Notes: generated from the letters alone by a model not told the origin. 64,000 nt of DNA from an uncultured Candidatus Rokubacteria bacterium (GCA_963826115.1 CAWGVS010000005.1:1056001-1120000), one strand, 5' to 3'. Positions 29,877-39,467 are shown, counted from the stretch's first letter. A program made the numbers and translations.

Positions 29877-31295
29877 TCACCCGCCTAGCAAAGGGCGGAA
29901 CTTCCAGAAGTAGTTCGCGAGGCCGCCGCCCTCGTGGAAGCGGCGGAACGTGAGCTCGACCGGGACGTCGAACGTCACCGAGTCGGGGTCGGCGTCCGTC
30001 AGCTGGGTGTAGAAGCGGCCCCCGCCCTCGAGGTCCGCGGCCACCATGACCGTCGGCGGATCGGGCGACGGCACCAGGTGATCCTTGGTGAACGTGAAGA
30101 CGCGGCCGCGCCGGGAGAGCCGGTGCTCCACGAGCTCCTTGCCGGAGCAGCGCCAGCACACGCGCCGGCGGGGATACTGGATGGCCCCGCACGCCACGCA
30201 GCGCTGGCCGTAGAGGCGGAGGTCCTGGCGCTCCTCGCGCTCCATCACCGGGAGGCTCGTGAACGCCCGGATGGGATCGGTCTCGACCAACCGGCGGAAC
30301 TGGAGATACTTCCCGTAGTGCCGGAGCGGCCGCCCGGCGGCCACCTGGGCGGCGACGCCGCGGCTCCGGTCGAGGCGACGAACGGCGTCCGTCGCCTCGA
30401 AGAGGAGCGCGTCGGCGCCGGCGCCGTAGCCCACCACGAGGATCCGGTCGCCCGGCTCCGCCTCCTCGAGACACGCGGCGAGCGCCAGGATCGCCGCCGC
30501 CACGCCGGTGTTCCCGACGCGCGAGAGGAGCGAAACCCTCGGGAGCGCATCCTCGCCCAGGCCGATGCTGCGCAGGATCGGTCCGGCCAGGCGCGGGTCC
30601 GGCGCGTACACGGCCGCGCGGCGGATCTCGCGCGCCCCCACCCCGGTGTCGGCGAACAGGCGCCGCGCCGCCTCCGCCATCTGCCGCTCGTAGCCGTAGG
30701 CACGGACGAACGTGGGATCGCCCTGCTCGGGGAAGCGCGCGCCGGCAAGCCGCCAGACGTCGGAAAACTCGTGAGTGTGGGCGGCCGCGCCAACGAACCG
30801 CGCGAGTACGCCCGGCCCGGTCCCGAGCCGCACCGCAGCGGCCGCATCCCCCCAGACCGTCTCGAGCTCGCTGCCGGGGGGCGCCAGACGCATGTCGGCC
30901 GCGGCAACCATTGCCTCGCGCGCCGAGCCCGCGCGGACCGCGTCGAGGCCCAGCCGGAGTCCGGTCGTGCCGGCGCGGAGACTGCCCCCCAGGTCGGCGA
31001 CGGCGACGGAGGGCCCGCAGTCGAGCACGCTGGCGAGCACGGCGGCCGCCGATTTCTCCGCGTAGGGCGACGTCGTGCTGGCGAGCGCGACGAAGTCGAG
31101 GTGAGCGGCGCCCGCGGGCCCGAGCGCGGCGAGGCCCGCTTCCACGGCCATCGTGAGGCTGTCCTCGTCGTGGTTCGCGACCGCCCGCTCGCCCTGGCCC
31201 GGCCCGCCCCAGGCGCCGCCGAGGGTCTCGCCCGACAGCCGGTACCGCGGAACGTGCACCCCGATCCCGGTGATGCCGATCGGCGGGGCGCTCAC
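29877..31295 (-). CDS. HMG-CoA synthase-like thiolase-fold protein fused to a DUF35 zinc ribbon/OB-fold
   Basis: GVHVPRYRL, DEDSLTMAVEA, VGNTG, GYGAGADA; C-terminal RCVACGAIQYPRRRVCWRC...VELTFRR...YFWK. Confidence 0.85.
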   Translation of the reverse strand: MSAPPIGITGIGVHVPRYRLSGETLGGAWGGPGQGERAVANHDEDSLTMAVEAGLAALGPAGAAHLDFVALASTTSPYAEKSAAAVLASVLDCGPSVAVADLGGSLRAGTTGLRLGLDAVRAGSAREAMVAAADMRLAPPGSELETVWGDAAAAVRLGTGPGVLARFVGAAAHTHEFSDVWRLAGARFPEQGDPTFVRAYGYERQMAEAARRLFADTGVGAREIRRAAVYAPDPRLAGPILRSIGLGEDALPRVSLLSRVGNTGVAAAILALAACLEEAEPGDRILVVGYGAGADALLFEATDAVRRLDRSRGVAAQVAAGRPLRHYGKYLQFRRLVETDPIRAFTSLPVMEREERQDLRLYGQRCVACGAIQYPRRRVCWRCSGKELVEHRLSRRGRVFTFTKDHLVPSPDPPTVMVAADLEGGGRFYTQLTDADPDSVTFDVPVELTFRRFHEGGGLANYFWKFRPLLGG

Positions 31296-31329
31296 GGAGA
31301 CACCGGGGGAGTTCCCGCGTCGGACCGGG

Positions 31330-32130
31330 TCAGCGAGGCGGCCCCATCGTCGCGGCCGTGGCCGAGAGCGTCACGCTGACCGCGCTCTGTCGCGGCGCGG
31401 CGCCGCCCGCCTCGGGCGACTGCTTGACCACGTGGCCGTCGCGCGGTCCGATGACGGCTCCCAGGCGCAGCCCCGCCGCCTCGAGGTCGCGCGTCGCTGC
31501 GTCGAGCCGGGCTCCGACCAGGTTCGGCACGACGGCATCTCCTCGCCGCGCGGGATCCGGCGTGGGGTCCCCGCTCGCGCGCGTGGGGAGATTGGGCGGC
31601 GCCGCCCGCGCGCCCCGGGGCGCGCCCCCGCCCTCGGCCGTCGCGAGGCGCGCCTCGGCCAGGATCGCCCGGAGACGCTCCGCCTCCGTGCGCGTCCGGG
31701 CGGCCATGACCGCGGCCTCGTGGGCAGCGAGGAGCGCGTGCTGCTCGAGGGTGTCACGCCGGAGCAGGTCGGTGGTGGGCACGTCCGGGATCTTGGTCAC
31801 CTCGGCGAGGATCCCGAGCGCGTCGGTCGTGGCCGTCTGGGCGAGCCGCCGGTAGCCGCCCAGCGCCTGGTGCGCCGACTCGCTCTCGTCGAGGTACGGC
31901 TTGAGCGCGGGAGGCACCGGGTCGCGCTCGGGGGCGAGCGCCTTGATGAGGGCGAGGGTCTTCTCGCCCTCCTCGAACGCGGCGGTTGCCCCGTCGTCCG
32001 CGCTGCGCGCGGCGTCGTACGCCCGTCGTCCGACGTCGGTCAGCGGCGCGGCGCCCGCCGGCCCCGCCGTCAGCGCAAGCGCGAGGCCGACCGCGAGGAG
32101 ACCGGGTCGACACCTCGCGCGCGGCGTCAC
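31330..32130 (-). CDS. exported protein with C-terminal PASTA domain
   Basis: Signal peptide; VVPNLVG...LEAAGLRLG...VVKQSPEAG; GGAG SD. Confidence 0.75.
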   Translation of the reverse strand: MTPRARCRPGLLAVGLALALTAGPAGAAPLTDVGRRAYDAARSADDGATAAFEEGEKTLALIKALAPERDPVPPALKPYLDESESAHQALGGYRRLAQTATTDALGILAEVTKIPDVPTTDLLRRDTLEQHALLAAHEAAVMAARTRTEAERLRAILAEARLATAEGGGAPRGARAAPPNLPTRASGDPTPDPARRGDAVVPNLVGARLDAATRDLEAAGLRLGAVIGPRDGHVVKQSPEAGGAAPRQSAVSVTLSATAATMGPPR

Positions 32131-32138
32131 TCTGGTGT

Positions 32139-32376
32139 CTCCGCCACGCGCTCCGCGATGTCAGCCTCTTGGTGGGGAGCGCTGCTCCCCCTCCCACCCT
32201 CCCAGCGGCCAAGCGTCCGCGTCCCGCCCGCCGTCACTCGAGGGCCTCCGCCGAGAGCTCCGCGATGTCAGCCTCTTGGTGGGGAGCGCTGCTCCCCCCC
32301 ACACCCCCCCAGCGGTCCGGCACCCGCGTCCCGCCAGCCGTCACTCGAGGGCCTCCGCCACGAGCTCCGCGATGTC
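32139..32376. repeat. 107-bp tandem repeat (two full units + partial) with REP-like hairpin
   Basis: Units start at 32139, 32246 and 32353; each full unit contains GGGGAGC-GCT-GCTCCCC and a copy of the 3' end of gene 32341..34356. Confidence 0.85.
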
Positions 32377-34356
32377 CTTCACCTGCAGCGTGTCCTCGGC
32401 GCCCTTGACCTTGCGGCCGAGATCGACCATGGCGAGGCAAAACGGGCAGGCGGTCCCCACGGTAGTCGCCTTGGTCTCGAGGAGCTCGGCCACGCGGATC
32501 TCGTTCACGCGCTCCTTGCCCCGGATCTCCATCCACATGTGACCGCCCCCGCCGCCGCAGCAGAGCCCCTTGTTGCGCGCGCGGGGCGGGTCGATGACCT
32601 CGAGCCCCGGGATCGCGCGGAGGCTCGACCGGGGCGCGTCGTAGATCTCGTTGTAGCGGCCGATGTAGCAGGAGTCGTGGTACGCGAGGAGCTCCTCGCG
32701 AGGACGGGTCAGGCGGAGCCGGCCGTCCCGGACCAGCTGGGCGATCAGGACGGAGTGGTGCACGACCTCGAACTCGCCGCCGAACTGCCGGTACTCGTTC
32801 CCGATGGTGTTGAAGCAGTGGGGGCAGGCGGCCAGCACCTTCCGGAACCGGTAGCGCTTGAGGTTCCCGACGTTCTCCTTGGCGAGCGTCTGGTAGAGGT
32901 ACTCCTCGCCGAGCCGCCGCGCGGCGTCGCCGCTGCATCGCTCGCCCTGCATGACCGCGAAGGAGACCCCCGCGGCCCGGAGCACCTTCACCACCGCCTT
33001 GGCAATGCTCTGGTTCCGCCGATCGTAGGAGGCCGAGCACCCGACCCAGTAGAGGTACTCGACCTCCTGCCCCTCCTGGATCCTCGGCACCTCGAGCCCC
33101 TCCGCCCAGGCCAGGCGGTCCTCGGCGGCCAGCCCCCACGGGTTGCCCGCGCGCTGCATGTTCTGGAGGCTCATCCCCGCCGTGCCCGGAAGCGCGCCCT
33201 CGGAAAGCGCCAGGTAGCGCCGGAGGTCGACGATGGTGTCCACGATGTCGATGAACGCCGGGCACGCCTCGACGCACGCCATGCAGGTCGTGCAGGCCCA
33301 CAGCTCCTCGGCCGTGATCGTCTCGCCGTGGATCGCGCGCCCGTTCCCCTCGTGCATCAGGCCGCGGAGCTTCAGGATCACCTGCTTCGGCGACAGCGGG
33401 GTGCCCGCGAGATGGGCCGGGCAGACGTCCTGGCAGCGGCCGCACATGGTGCAGGCGTCGAAGTCGAGCCGGCGCTTCCAGGAGAACTCCTCGAGCTTCG
33501 AGACGCCGAGGGACTCCGCCTCCTCGATGTTCAGGATCGGCGTGAGCTCCCCGCGCGGCGTGAGCTTCACGAGGAACGTGTTGAGCGGCGTCGTGATCAG
33601 GTGGACGAAGTACGTGTGCGGGATCAGCGCGATGAAGCCGAAGGAGATCGTGAAGTGGAAGAGCCAGGTCCCCAGGTGGAGGCCGCGGAGGGCGCCCTCG
33701 CGCATCCCGAGGCCCAGGAAGAACTGCCCGAGCGCCCAGCCGACCGGCGACCAGGGCGCCCACCAGGGTTTCACGACCGCCAGGCGGCAGGCCTCCAGCA
33801 CGAACCCCGTCACGTTGATGGCGAACAGGAGCGCCAGGAGCCACGCGAAGGACGGCGTCGGGTCGATCCGGGCGGGCCGGACGACGAACCGACGGTAGAG
33901 CGCGAGCCCGAGCCCCACCACGAAGAACAGGCCGAACAGGTCGAGCGAGAGCTCGTAGAAGAGGTAGAACGGGCCCTGGAGCAGCTTGAAGTCGAGCCCG
34001 AACGGGAGGCGCACCGTGATGTCGTAGTCGATCGTCGCGAGGATCGTCCCGAGGAGGAGCGCGCAGAACCCCCAGAACATGAGGGCGTGCATCACGCCCG
34101 GGTAGCGCTGGGTCAGGATCCGCCCCTGGAGGAGCCCGTGGCGGACGAGGAACGCGAGGCGCTCCGGGATGCGGTCCCACCGCGCCTCGGGCTTGCCCTC
34201 CCGCCACAGCGCGATCCGCTGCCACATGCCCAGGAGGAAGACGCCGACGGCGACGACCGAGAGCGCGTACAGCAGGAACTGCGCCCACGGTGGGACGTTC
34301 CAGAAGGTATCGCGGAACGGGACGTCGGAGAGGGCCAACCCGGCGGGGGCGCTCAC
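32341..34356 (-). CDS. membrane Fe-S oxidoreductase (FadF/HdrD-like: TM domain + 2x[4Fe-4S] + CCG domains)
   Basis: CTMCGRCQDVCP, CTTCMACVEACP, YHDSCYIGR, CCGGGGG, TACPFC. Confidence 0.9.
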   Translation of the reverse strand: MSAPAGLALSDVPFRDTFWNVPPWAQFLLYALSVVAVGVFLLGMWQRIALWREGKPEARWDRIPERLAFLVRHGLLQGRILTQRYPGVMHALMFWGFCALLLGTILATIDYDITVRLPFGLDFKLLQGPFYLFYELSLDLFGLFFVVGLGLALYRRFVVRPARIDPTPSFAWLLALLFAINVTGFVLEACRLAVVKPWWAPWSPVGWALGQFFLGLGMREGALRGLHLGTWLFHFTISFGFIALIPHTYFVHLITTPLNTFLVKLTPRGELTPILNIEEAESLGVSKLEEFSWKRRLDFDACTMCGRCQDVCPAHLAGTPLSPKQVILKLRGLMHEGNGRAIHGETITAEELWACTTCMACVEACPAFIDIVDTIVDLRRYLALSEGALPGTAGMSLQNMQRAGNPWGLAAEDRLAWAEGLEVPRIQEGQEVEYLYWVGCSASYDRRNQSIAKAVVKVLRAAGVSFAVMQGERCSGDAARRLGEEYLYQTLAKENVGNLKRYRFRKVLAACPHCFNTIGNEYRQFGGEFEVVHHSVLIAQLVRDGRLRLTRPREELLAYHDSCYIGRYNEIYDAPRSSLRAIPGLEVIDPPRARNKGLCCGGGGGHMWMEIRGKERVNEIRVAELLETKATTVGTACPFCLAMVDLGRKVKGAEDTLQVKDIAELVAEALE

Positions 34357-34414
34357 GCCCCGAGATTACAGCACGCCGCCGAGACGAGGGTCAAGGCGCG
34401 CGACCGCGCCGCCC

Positions 34415-35429
34415 TCACGGTGACGTCCGCGGGTCGAGCCTGATCCGCGCCGCGATCGCTCCGGACCGCCGTGTAGGGATCCGTTCGGCCGGCCTCCACG
34501 TCGCCGAGGAGCGTCTCGAGCGCACCGCCGTCGCCGAGCGCGCGGTCCACCGCCTGGCGCAGCTCGGCCTGGATGAGCTCGCGGAGCTCGCGCGCCCGCC
34601 GCGCCTGGCGGCGGCGCTCCAGCGTGCCGCTCGCCTCGAGCGCCGCGCGGTGGCGCCCGACGACCTCGAGGAGCTCGGCGACCCCGACGTCGTGGACCGC
34701 TTCCGTCGACAGGATCGGCACCTCCCAGTCGAGGTCCCGCGAAGCCTGCTGGCCCTCCCGGTGGAGGTGGACCATGTACTTGAGCTCGGTGAGAAGGCGC
34801 GCCGCCCCCTCGCGGTCGGCCTTGTTCACGACGAGGATGTCCGCCGCCTCGAGGAGGCCCGCCTTCATGGTCTGGATGCCGTCACCCGACTCCGGCACCA
34901 GCACCACCACCGTGGTGTCGGCCAGCCGCGCGATGTCGAGCTCCGTCTGCCCCACGCCCACGGTCTCCACGACGATCCAGTCGAACCCGGCGGCGTCGAG
35001 GAGCTTCTGAGTGTCGGCGGTGGCGCGAGAGAGCCCGCCCAGGCTCCCGCGCGTCGCCATGCTCCGGATGAACACGCCCGGGTCGAGAGTGTGGGCCTGC
35101 ATGCGGATCCGGTCGCCCAGCACCGCGCCGCCGGTGAAGGGACTCGTCGGGTCGACCGCGATGATGCCGATCGTGGCGCCGGTCTTCCGGATCGCGGCCG
35201 TGAGCCGGTCCACGAGGGTGCTCTTCCCCGCCCCCGGGGGCCCGGTGATGCCGACCGTGTACGCGCGTCCGGTCCGCGGGTGAGCCCGGCGCATCATCTC
35301 GCCGAGGCCAGGCTCGCGGCTCTCGACCCGCGTGATGAGTCGCGCGAGTGCCCGGCGGTCCCCGGCGAGCATTCGCTCGACGAGCGCGCCCGTCTTGGCG
35401 TCGAGTGCGCGGTCCCCGGCCTCGCTCAC
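34415..35429 (-). CDS. meaB: methylmalonyl-CoA mutase-associated GTPase; probable +1 indel at 34460 near the C-terminus
   Basis: GITGPPGAGKST, AVDPTSPFTGGAVLGDRIRM, ETVGVGQ, NKAD. Removing one base gives the end VRAIAARIRLDPRTSP* at 34415; otherwise the frame reads to 34353. Confidence 0.85.
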
Positions 35430-36613
35430 GCGACGACCCCATCTCGCCGAAGCGCCGCGATCGCGGCCGCGTCGTAGCCGAGCTCGCGCAGCACCGCGTC
35501 GGTGTGCTCGCCCAGCTCCGGCGGCGCCGACTCGACACGCGCGGGCGTGCCCGACATCCGGACCGGGAACGCGACCTGGGGCACCCGCCCGAGCTTCGGG
35601 TGCTGGACCTCGGTGAAGAGGCCGCGGTGGACGAGCTGCGGGTCCTGGACCACCTCGTCCAGCGCGAGCACCGGGCCGGCGCACACGTCGCCCCGCTGGA
35701 GGAGCTCGACCCACTCCGCGCGGGTGCGGGTGCGGAACAGCCCGCGGAGCTCCGACTCGACCCGATCGCGCTCGGGCCCCTCGGCGTGCTGGCGCGACTG
35801 GAGGTCCTCCCGCCCCGCGAGCCGGCAGAAGTTCGCCCAGAACTGGGGCTCGAGCGCTCCCAGCGTCACGTGCCCGCCGTCCGACGTCTCGTAGACGCCG
35901 TAGCTCGGCCACCCGCCGTTCAGGCGCTCGCGCCCGCGCTCGGGCACGTGTCCGGTCGCGAAGTACGCGGCGAGGTGCGGGATCAGCCAGGACACGACGC
36001 CGTCGGTCATCGACACGTCGACGAACTGCCCCTGGCCGGACTCGTGCCGGTGGTGGAGGGCCGCGGCGATGGCGAACGCCGCCATCAGGGCGCCGCCGCC
36101 GAGGTCCGCCGCCTGGACGCCCGGCGTCAGCGGCGGCCCGTCGCGCGGGCCGGTGACGGACAAGGCGCCCGCGTAGCCCATGTAGTTCACGTCGTGGCCG
36201 ACGAGGTTCCGGTACGGGCCGTCCTGCCCATAGCCGGAGACCGCGCAGTAGACGAGCCGCGGGTTCTCGGAGCGGAGCGCCTCCCAGCCGAGGCCGAGAC
36301 GGTCCATCACCCCTGGGCGGAAGCTCTCGAGGAGGACATCCGCCGTGCGGACCAGGCGGCGGAAGACCGTCTTGCCGGCCTCCGTCTTGAGGTCGATCGA
36401 CACGCTCTTCTTGTTCCGGTTGAGCAGGAGGAAGTAGGCGCCCACGTCGGACCCGCCCCAGAACGGCGGCGTCCGTCGCGCGTAGTCGCCACGTCCCGGT
36501 TCCTCGACCTTGATGACCTCGGCGCCGAGGTCGGCGAAGAGGAGCGAGCAGTACGGCCCGGGCAGGAGGCGCGAGAGGTCGAGCAGCCGGAGCCCCCCGA
36601 ACGCGCCCACCAT
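35426..36613 (-). CDS. CaiB/BaiF family CoA transferase
   Basis: LDLSRLLPGP, NRNKKS, ESFRPGV, GHDVNY, PELGEHT. Confidence 0.92.
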   Translation of the reverse strand: MVGAFGGLRLLDLSRLLPGPYCSLLFADLGAEVIKVEEPGRGDYARRTPPFWGGSDVGAYFLLLNRNKKSVSIDLKTEAGKTVFRRLVRTADVLLESFRPGVMDRLGLGWEALRSENPRLVYCAVSGYGQDGPYRNLVGHDVNYMGYAGALSVTGPRDGPPLTPGVQAADLGGGALMAAFAIAAALHHRHESGQGQFVDVSMTDGVVSWLIPHLAAYFATGHVPERGRERLNGGWPSYGVYETSDGGHVTLGALEPQFWANFCRLAGREDLQSRQHAEGPERDRVESELRGLFRTRTRAEWVELLQRGDVCAGPVLALDEVVQDPQLVHRGLFTEVQHPKLGRVPQVAFPVRMSGTPARVESAPPELGEHTDAVLRELGYDAAAIAALRRDGVVA

Positions 36614-36711
36614 GGGGCGATTATAGACTCAGACGCGCGGAGTCGGGTGGGGCGGCGACGCCGCCGAGGCGCCCGATGGCCGCCCCAGACGGCGCGGTGG
36701 TGGCCGGATGG

Positions 36712-37185
36712 CTAGTTCATCGGCTTCCGGAACGCGTTGTGGCAGGCTGCCGCACGTCGTGCGGCCGAAGTCCTTCATCAGGGCCTCGACCTTCGGCCTG
36801 GTCCTTCGCCCGGGCGGCGTCGCGGATTTCCTCGGCCTTTGCCTGGAGCGTCTTCGCCGCCGCCTCGAAGTCCGCCGACTTCTCCCAGATCTCGGCCTTG
36901 GCGTTCGACTTGTCGGTCATCGAGCCCTTCGGGAACAGCGACGGGAATGTGCTGGGCGTTGATCGCGATGGTCTCGGCGTTGACGGCCATCGCCTCGACG
37001 TTCCCGGCCTTGAGCTTGTCGTTCAGGTCCTTGGCGTTGGCGCCGTTGAGCTTCATGAGTCGCTGGCGGTCGGCGACCGGGTCGCCGGACCCAATGTGCA
37101 TCTGAGCCTGGCTCACGACGACCCCGAGGAGCAGAGCGACGAGGCCAACGGCGAACACGCTGGCACGAGTGACGAAGCGCTTCAT
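36712..37185 (-). CDS. cytochrome c' (class II); three +1 indels (near 36944, 36795, 36746)
   Basis: Signal peptide, RQRLMK, IPSLFPKGS, AKAEIWE..DF and C-terminal CGxCHNAFRK reconstructed across three frames. Confidence 0.8.
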
Positions 37186-37243
37186 CGAGCCTCCTTCGAC
37201 GGGCCGGCCGGCGTGGTCCCGGCCCGATGTGGGGTGGACGAGG

Positions 37244-38173
37244 TCACTGCTTGGTGACCTTGTTGCGCACGGCGGGAATCGTCTTCAGGTACTTCGCGAT
37301 CGCGAGCCGGTCCTGCTTCGTGAGGTGCTTGTAGCCGGCGGCGGTGCCCTCGATCACCTCCGACATGAGCCCGCCGGCCACGTCGCCGTCCGGCTTGTTC
37401 CCCGTCTCGAGGTACTCGGCGATCTCGTCCTCGGACCACGTGAGGCCGGTGTCCTTGTCGGGCGTGATGTTCGGAACGGGGTCGCCTTCGGGCCCCTTCT
37501 CCGTTCCCCCGAGAAACCGCGTGTTGTCGGTCGCCTGAGTCACCCCGCGCGGCGTGTGGCACTCCCCGCAGTGCCCCACCGCGCGCACCAGGTACTCGCC
37601 GCGTGCCACTCCGCTGGTGGGCGCCGAGGCCGGGGGCGTCTCGCGCGGAGCGAAGGCCGTCAGCCACGTCGGCAGAAAGACGCTTTCGAACAGCGGCATC
37701 GTGATCTTCTTCGGCGTGTTCGGACGGTTCACCGCGGGCAGGCTCCTCAGGAACGCCACGAGCGCGCGGAGGTCCTCGGCGGCCATCCCGTTGAAGACCG
37801 TGTACGGATGCACCGGGATGAGCCGCTCACCGTTCGGCCTCCGGCCGAGCCGGATCGCCGTGACGATCTGCTCGTCCGTCCAGTCGCCGATCCCCGTCTG
37901 CTTGTCGGGGGTGATATTCGAGGAATACACGGTCCCGAAGGGCCCCTCGTACTTCCGTCCGCCGCTGTTCACGGGACGGTCCTTCTCGGTGTGGCAGCCG
38001 CAGCCCCCGGTGGCGCCGAACACATACTTGCCGCGGGCCACCAGGTCGCGGTTCGCCGGCGCCTGGGCGGCCGCGGGCCGGGCCGCGGCCACGCCGAGGC
38101 CGAGCGCGACGCACGCGAGGGCCAGGGCGCGGACACCCTGCCGACGCCGTCGGGACTCGGTGAGCACACCCAT
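37244..38173 (-). CDS. diheme cytochrome c (ADH cytochrome subunit-like)
   Basis: GCGCHT and CGECHT heme motifs; NITPDKQTGIGDWT. Confidence 0.88.
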   Translation of the reverse strand: MGVLTESRRRRQGVRALALACVALGLGVAAARPAAAQAPANRDLVARGKYVFGATGGCGCHTEKDRPVNSGGRKYEGPFGTVYSSNITPDKQTGIGDWTDEQIVTAIRLGRRPNGERLIPVHPYTVFNGMAAEDLRALVAFLRSLPAVNRPNTPKKITMPLFESVFLPTWLTAFAPRETPPASAPTSGVARGEYLVRAVGHCGECHTPRGVTQATDNTRFLGGTEKGPEGDPVPNITPDKDTGLTWSEDEIAEYLETGNKPDGDVAGGLMSEVIEGTAAGYKHLTKQDRLAIAKYLKTIPAVRNKVTKQ

Positions 38174-38194
38174 GGGTCTAACTCCTAGAACGCG

Positions 38195-38731
38195 TCAACC
38201 GGCGGACGGGTTCCACTGGCCCGGGTGATCCGCCCGCGCGTCCTCCGCGAACGGCGCCCCGTCGAGGCGCGCCTCGAGGAGGAGCGCGTCCTCCCCCGTG
38301 TCGACGTAGTAGCCACGGCGCCGGCCGACCTCGTGGAAGCCGAGCCCCTCGTAGAGCCGGCGCGCCTCGACGTTGTCCGGGCGCACCTCCAGGAAGGCCC
38401 GGCGGGCGCCGGCGGCGCGGTGCCGGACGAGCAGGGTGCCGAGGAGCAGCCGGGCGATCCCCTCGCCGCGCCACGCCGGGTCGACGGCCAGGTTCGTGAC
38501 GTGGACCTCGTCGGCCACGGCCCACAGGCAGAGATAGCCCACCACCGAGGCCGCCCCCGCCGCATCGCCGGGGCGCTCCGCCCGGGCCACCCAGAGGCTC
38601 GCGACGCGGTTCCGCTCGAGCTCGTGGACGAACGCCTGGCGCGACCACGGCGTGGGGAAGGACGCGCGCTCGATCTCCAGGACCGCGTCGAGATCCTGGT
38701 GCCGCATCGGCTCAATTCGGACGTCCGGCAT
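38195..38731 (-). CDS. rimI: ribosomal protein S18 alanine N-acetyltransferase
   Basis: IERASFPTPWS, HVTNLAV, LEVR..N..A..LY..GF, RRGYY...EDA; downstream of tsaB. Confidence 0.88.
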   Translation of the reverse strand: MPDVRIEPMRHQDLDAVLEIERASFPTPWSRQAFVHELERNRVASLWVARAERPGDAAGAASVVGYLCLWAVADEVHVTNLAVDPAWRGEGIARLLLGTLLVRHRAAGARRAFLEVRPDNVEARRLYEGLGFHEVGRRRGYYVDTGEDALLLEARLDGAPFAEDARADHPGQWNPSAG

Positions 38732-39431
38732 CCTGTCGTCGCTCACGCGCGAGCTCGGCCTCCGACGGACGGAGGTACAGGGGGACGAGGCTCGCCACGT
38801 CGACGGCCTCGCCCCGGGCGAGGGCCTGGCTGCCGAGCTCGCCCACGGTGACCGCCGACGGGAGCCGCAGGTCCGCCGGCCCGAGGCACGCGCGCGCACC
38901 GAGCACGTCCTGGAACACCGACCCGTACGGCACGACCGCGTCGCCCACGAAGACCACCGGCCCGGGGACGGCGGCGCCGAGCTCGTCCGCGAGAGTCGCG
39001 GGCGCGATCGCACGCGGGGCCTCCAGCACCTCGAGCCGCCCGTCCAGCGTCCGGTAGAGCCCCGCGTAGACCTCGTTCTTCTTCGCGTCCAGGACGGGGC
39101 AGACGGGATACGCGCAGTACGGGAGCCGCCACGCCAGCGCCTCGAGCGTGGGCACGCCCGCGACCGGCTTGCCGGTGGCGAACGCCAGGCCCTTCACCGT
39201 GCTGAGACCGATCCGGAGACCGGTGAACGAGCCGGGACCCAGCGCAACGGCAAATGCGTCGATCTGCGGAAGCTCCCACCGGGCCGCCCGGAGCACGCCG
39301 TCGATGGCGGCCATCAAGCGCTCGCCGTGGGTCACGGCGATGCTGACCCGGGACTCCGCGACCACGGCGCCGGAGTCGAGAACCGCCACCGCCCCGGTCA
39401 CCGTGGACGTCTCGATCGCAAGGACACGCAC
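38712..39431 (-). CDS. tsaB: t6A37 threonylcarbamoyltransferase complex subunit
   Basis: LAIETST, HGERL, GPGSFTGLRIG, DAKKNEVY, PLYLRPSEAE. Confidence 0.92.
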   Translation of the reverse strand: MRVLAIETSTVTGAVAVLDSGAVVAESRVSIAVTHGERLMAAIDGVLRAARWELPQIDAFAVALGPGSFTGLRIGLSTVKGLAFATGKPVAGVPTLEALAWRLPYCAYPVCPVLDAKKNEVYAGLYRTLDGRLEVLEAPRAIAPATLADELGAAVPGPVVFVGDAVVPYGSVFQDVLGARACLGPADLRLPSAVTVGELGSQALARGEAVDVASLVPLYLRPSEAELARERRQDAGRPN

Positions 39432-39437
39432 CCTCGC

Positions 39438-39467
39438 AGTCTAGCGACCGGTGGGAGAGAGCGTCAA
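39438..39467 (-). promoter_or_regulatory. sigma70 promoter of tsaB (leaderless)
   Basis: TTGACG, 18 bp spacer, TAGACT, 6 nt, GTG. Confidence 0.6.

Larger units (their letters stand above)
23831..29910. mobile_element. integrative element (about 6.07 kb) with tyrosine recombinase, HicB/HicA-like pair and cyclase-STAND-TPR gene
   Basis: Bounded by direct repeat AACTTCCAGAAG (23831-23842, 29899-29910); the recombinase ends about 30 bp from the right repeat region. Confidence 0.78.

Noticed and set aside
32139-32376. CRISPR-like array
   Set aside because: The whole 107-bp unit is repeated with no unique spacers, and no cas genes are present
36712-37185. Programmed frameshifting or phase variation in cytochrome c'
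   Set aside because: No slippery sites or long homopolymers; the pattern matches the other scattered indels
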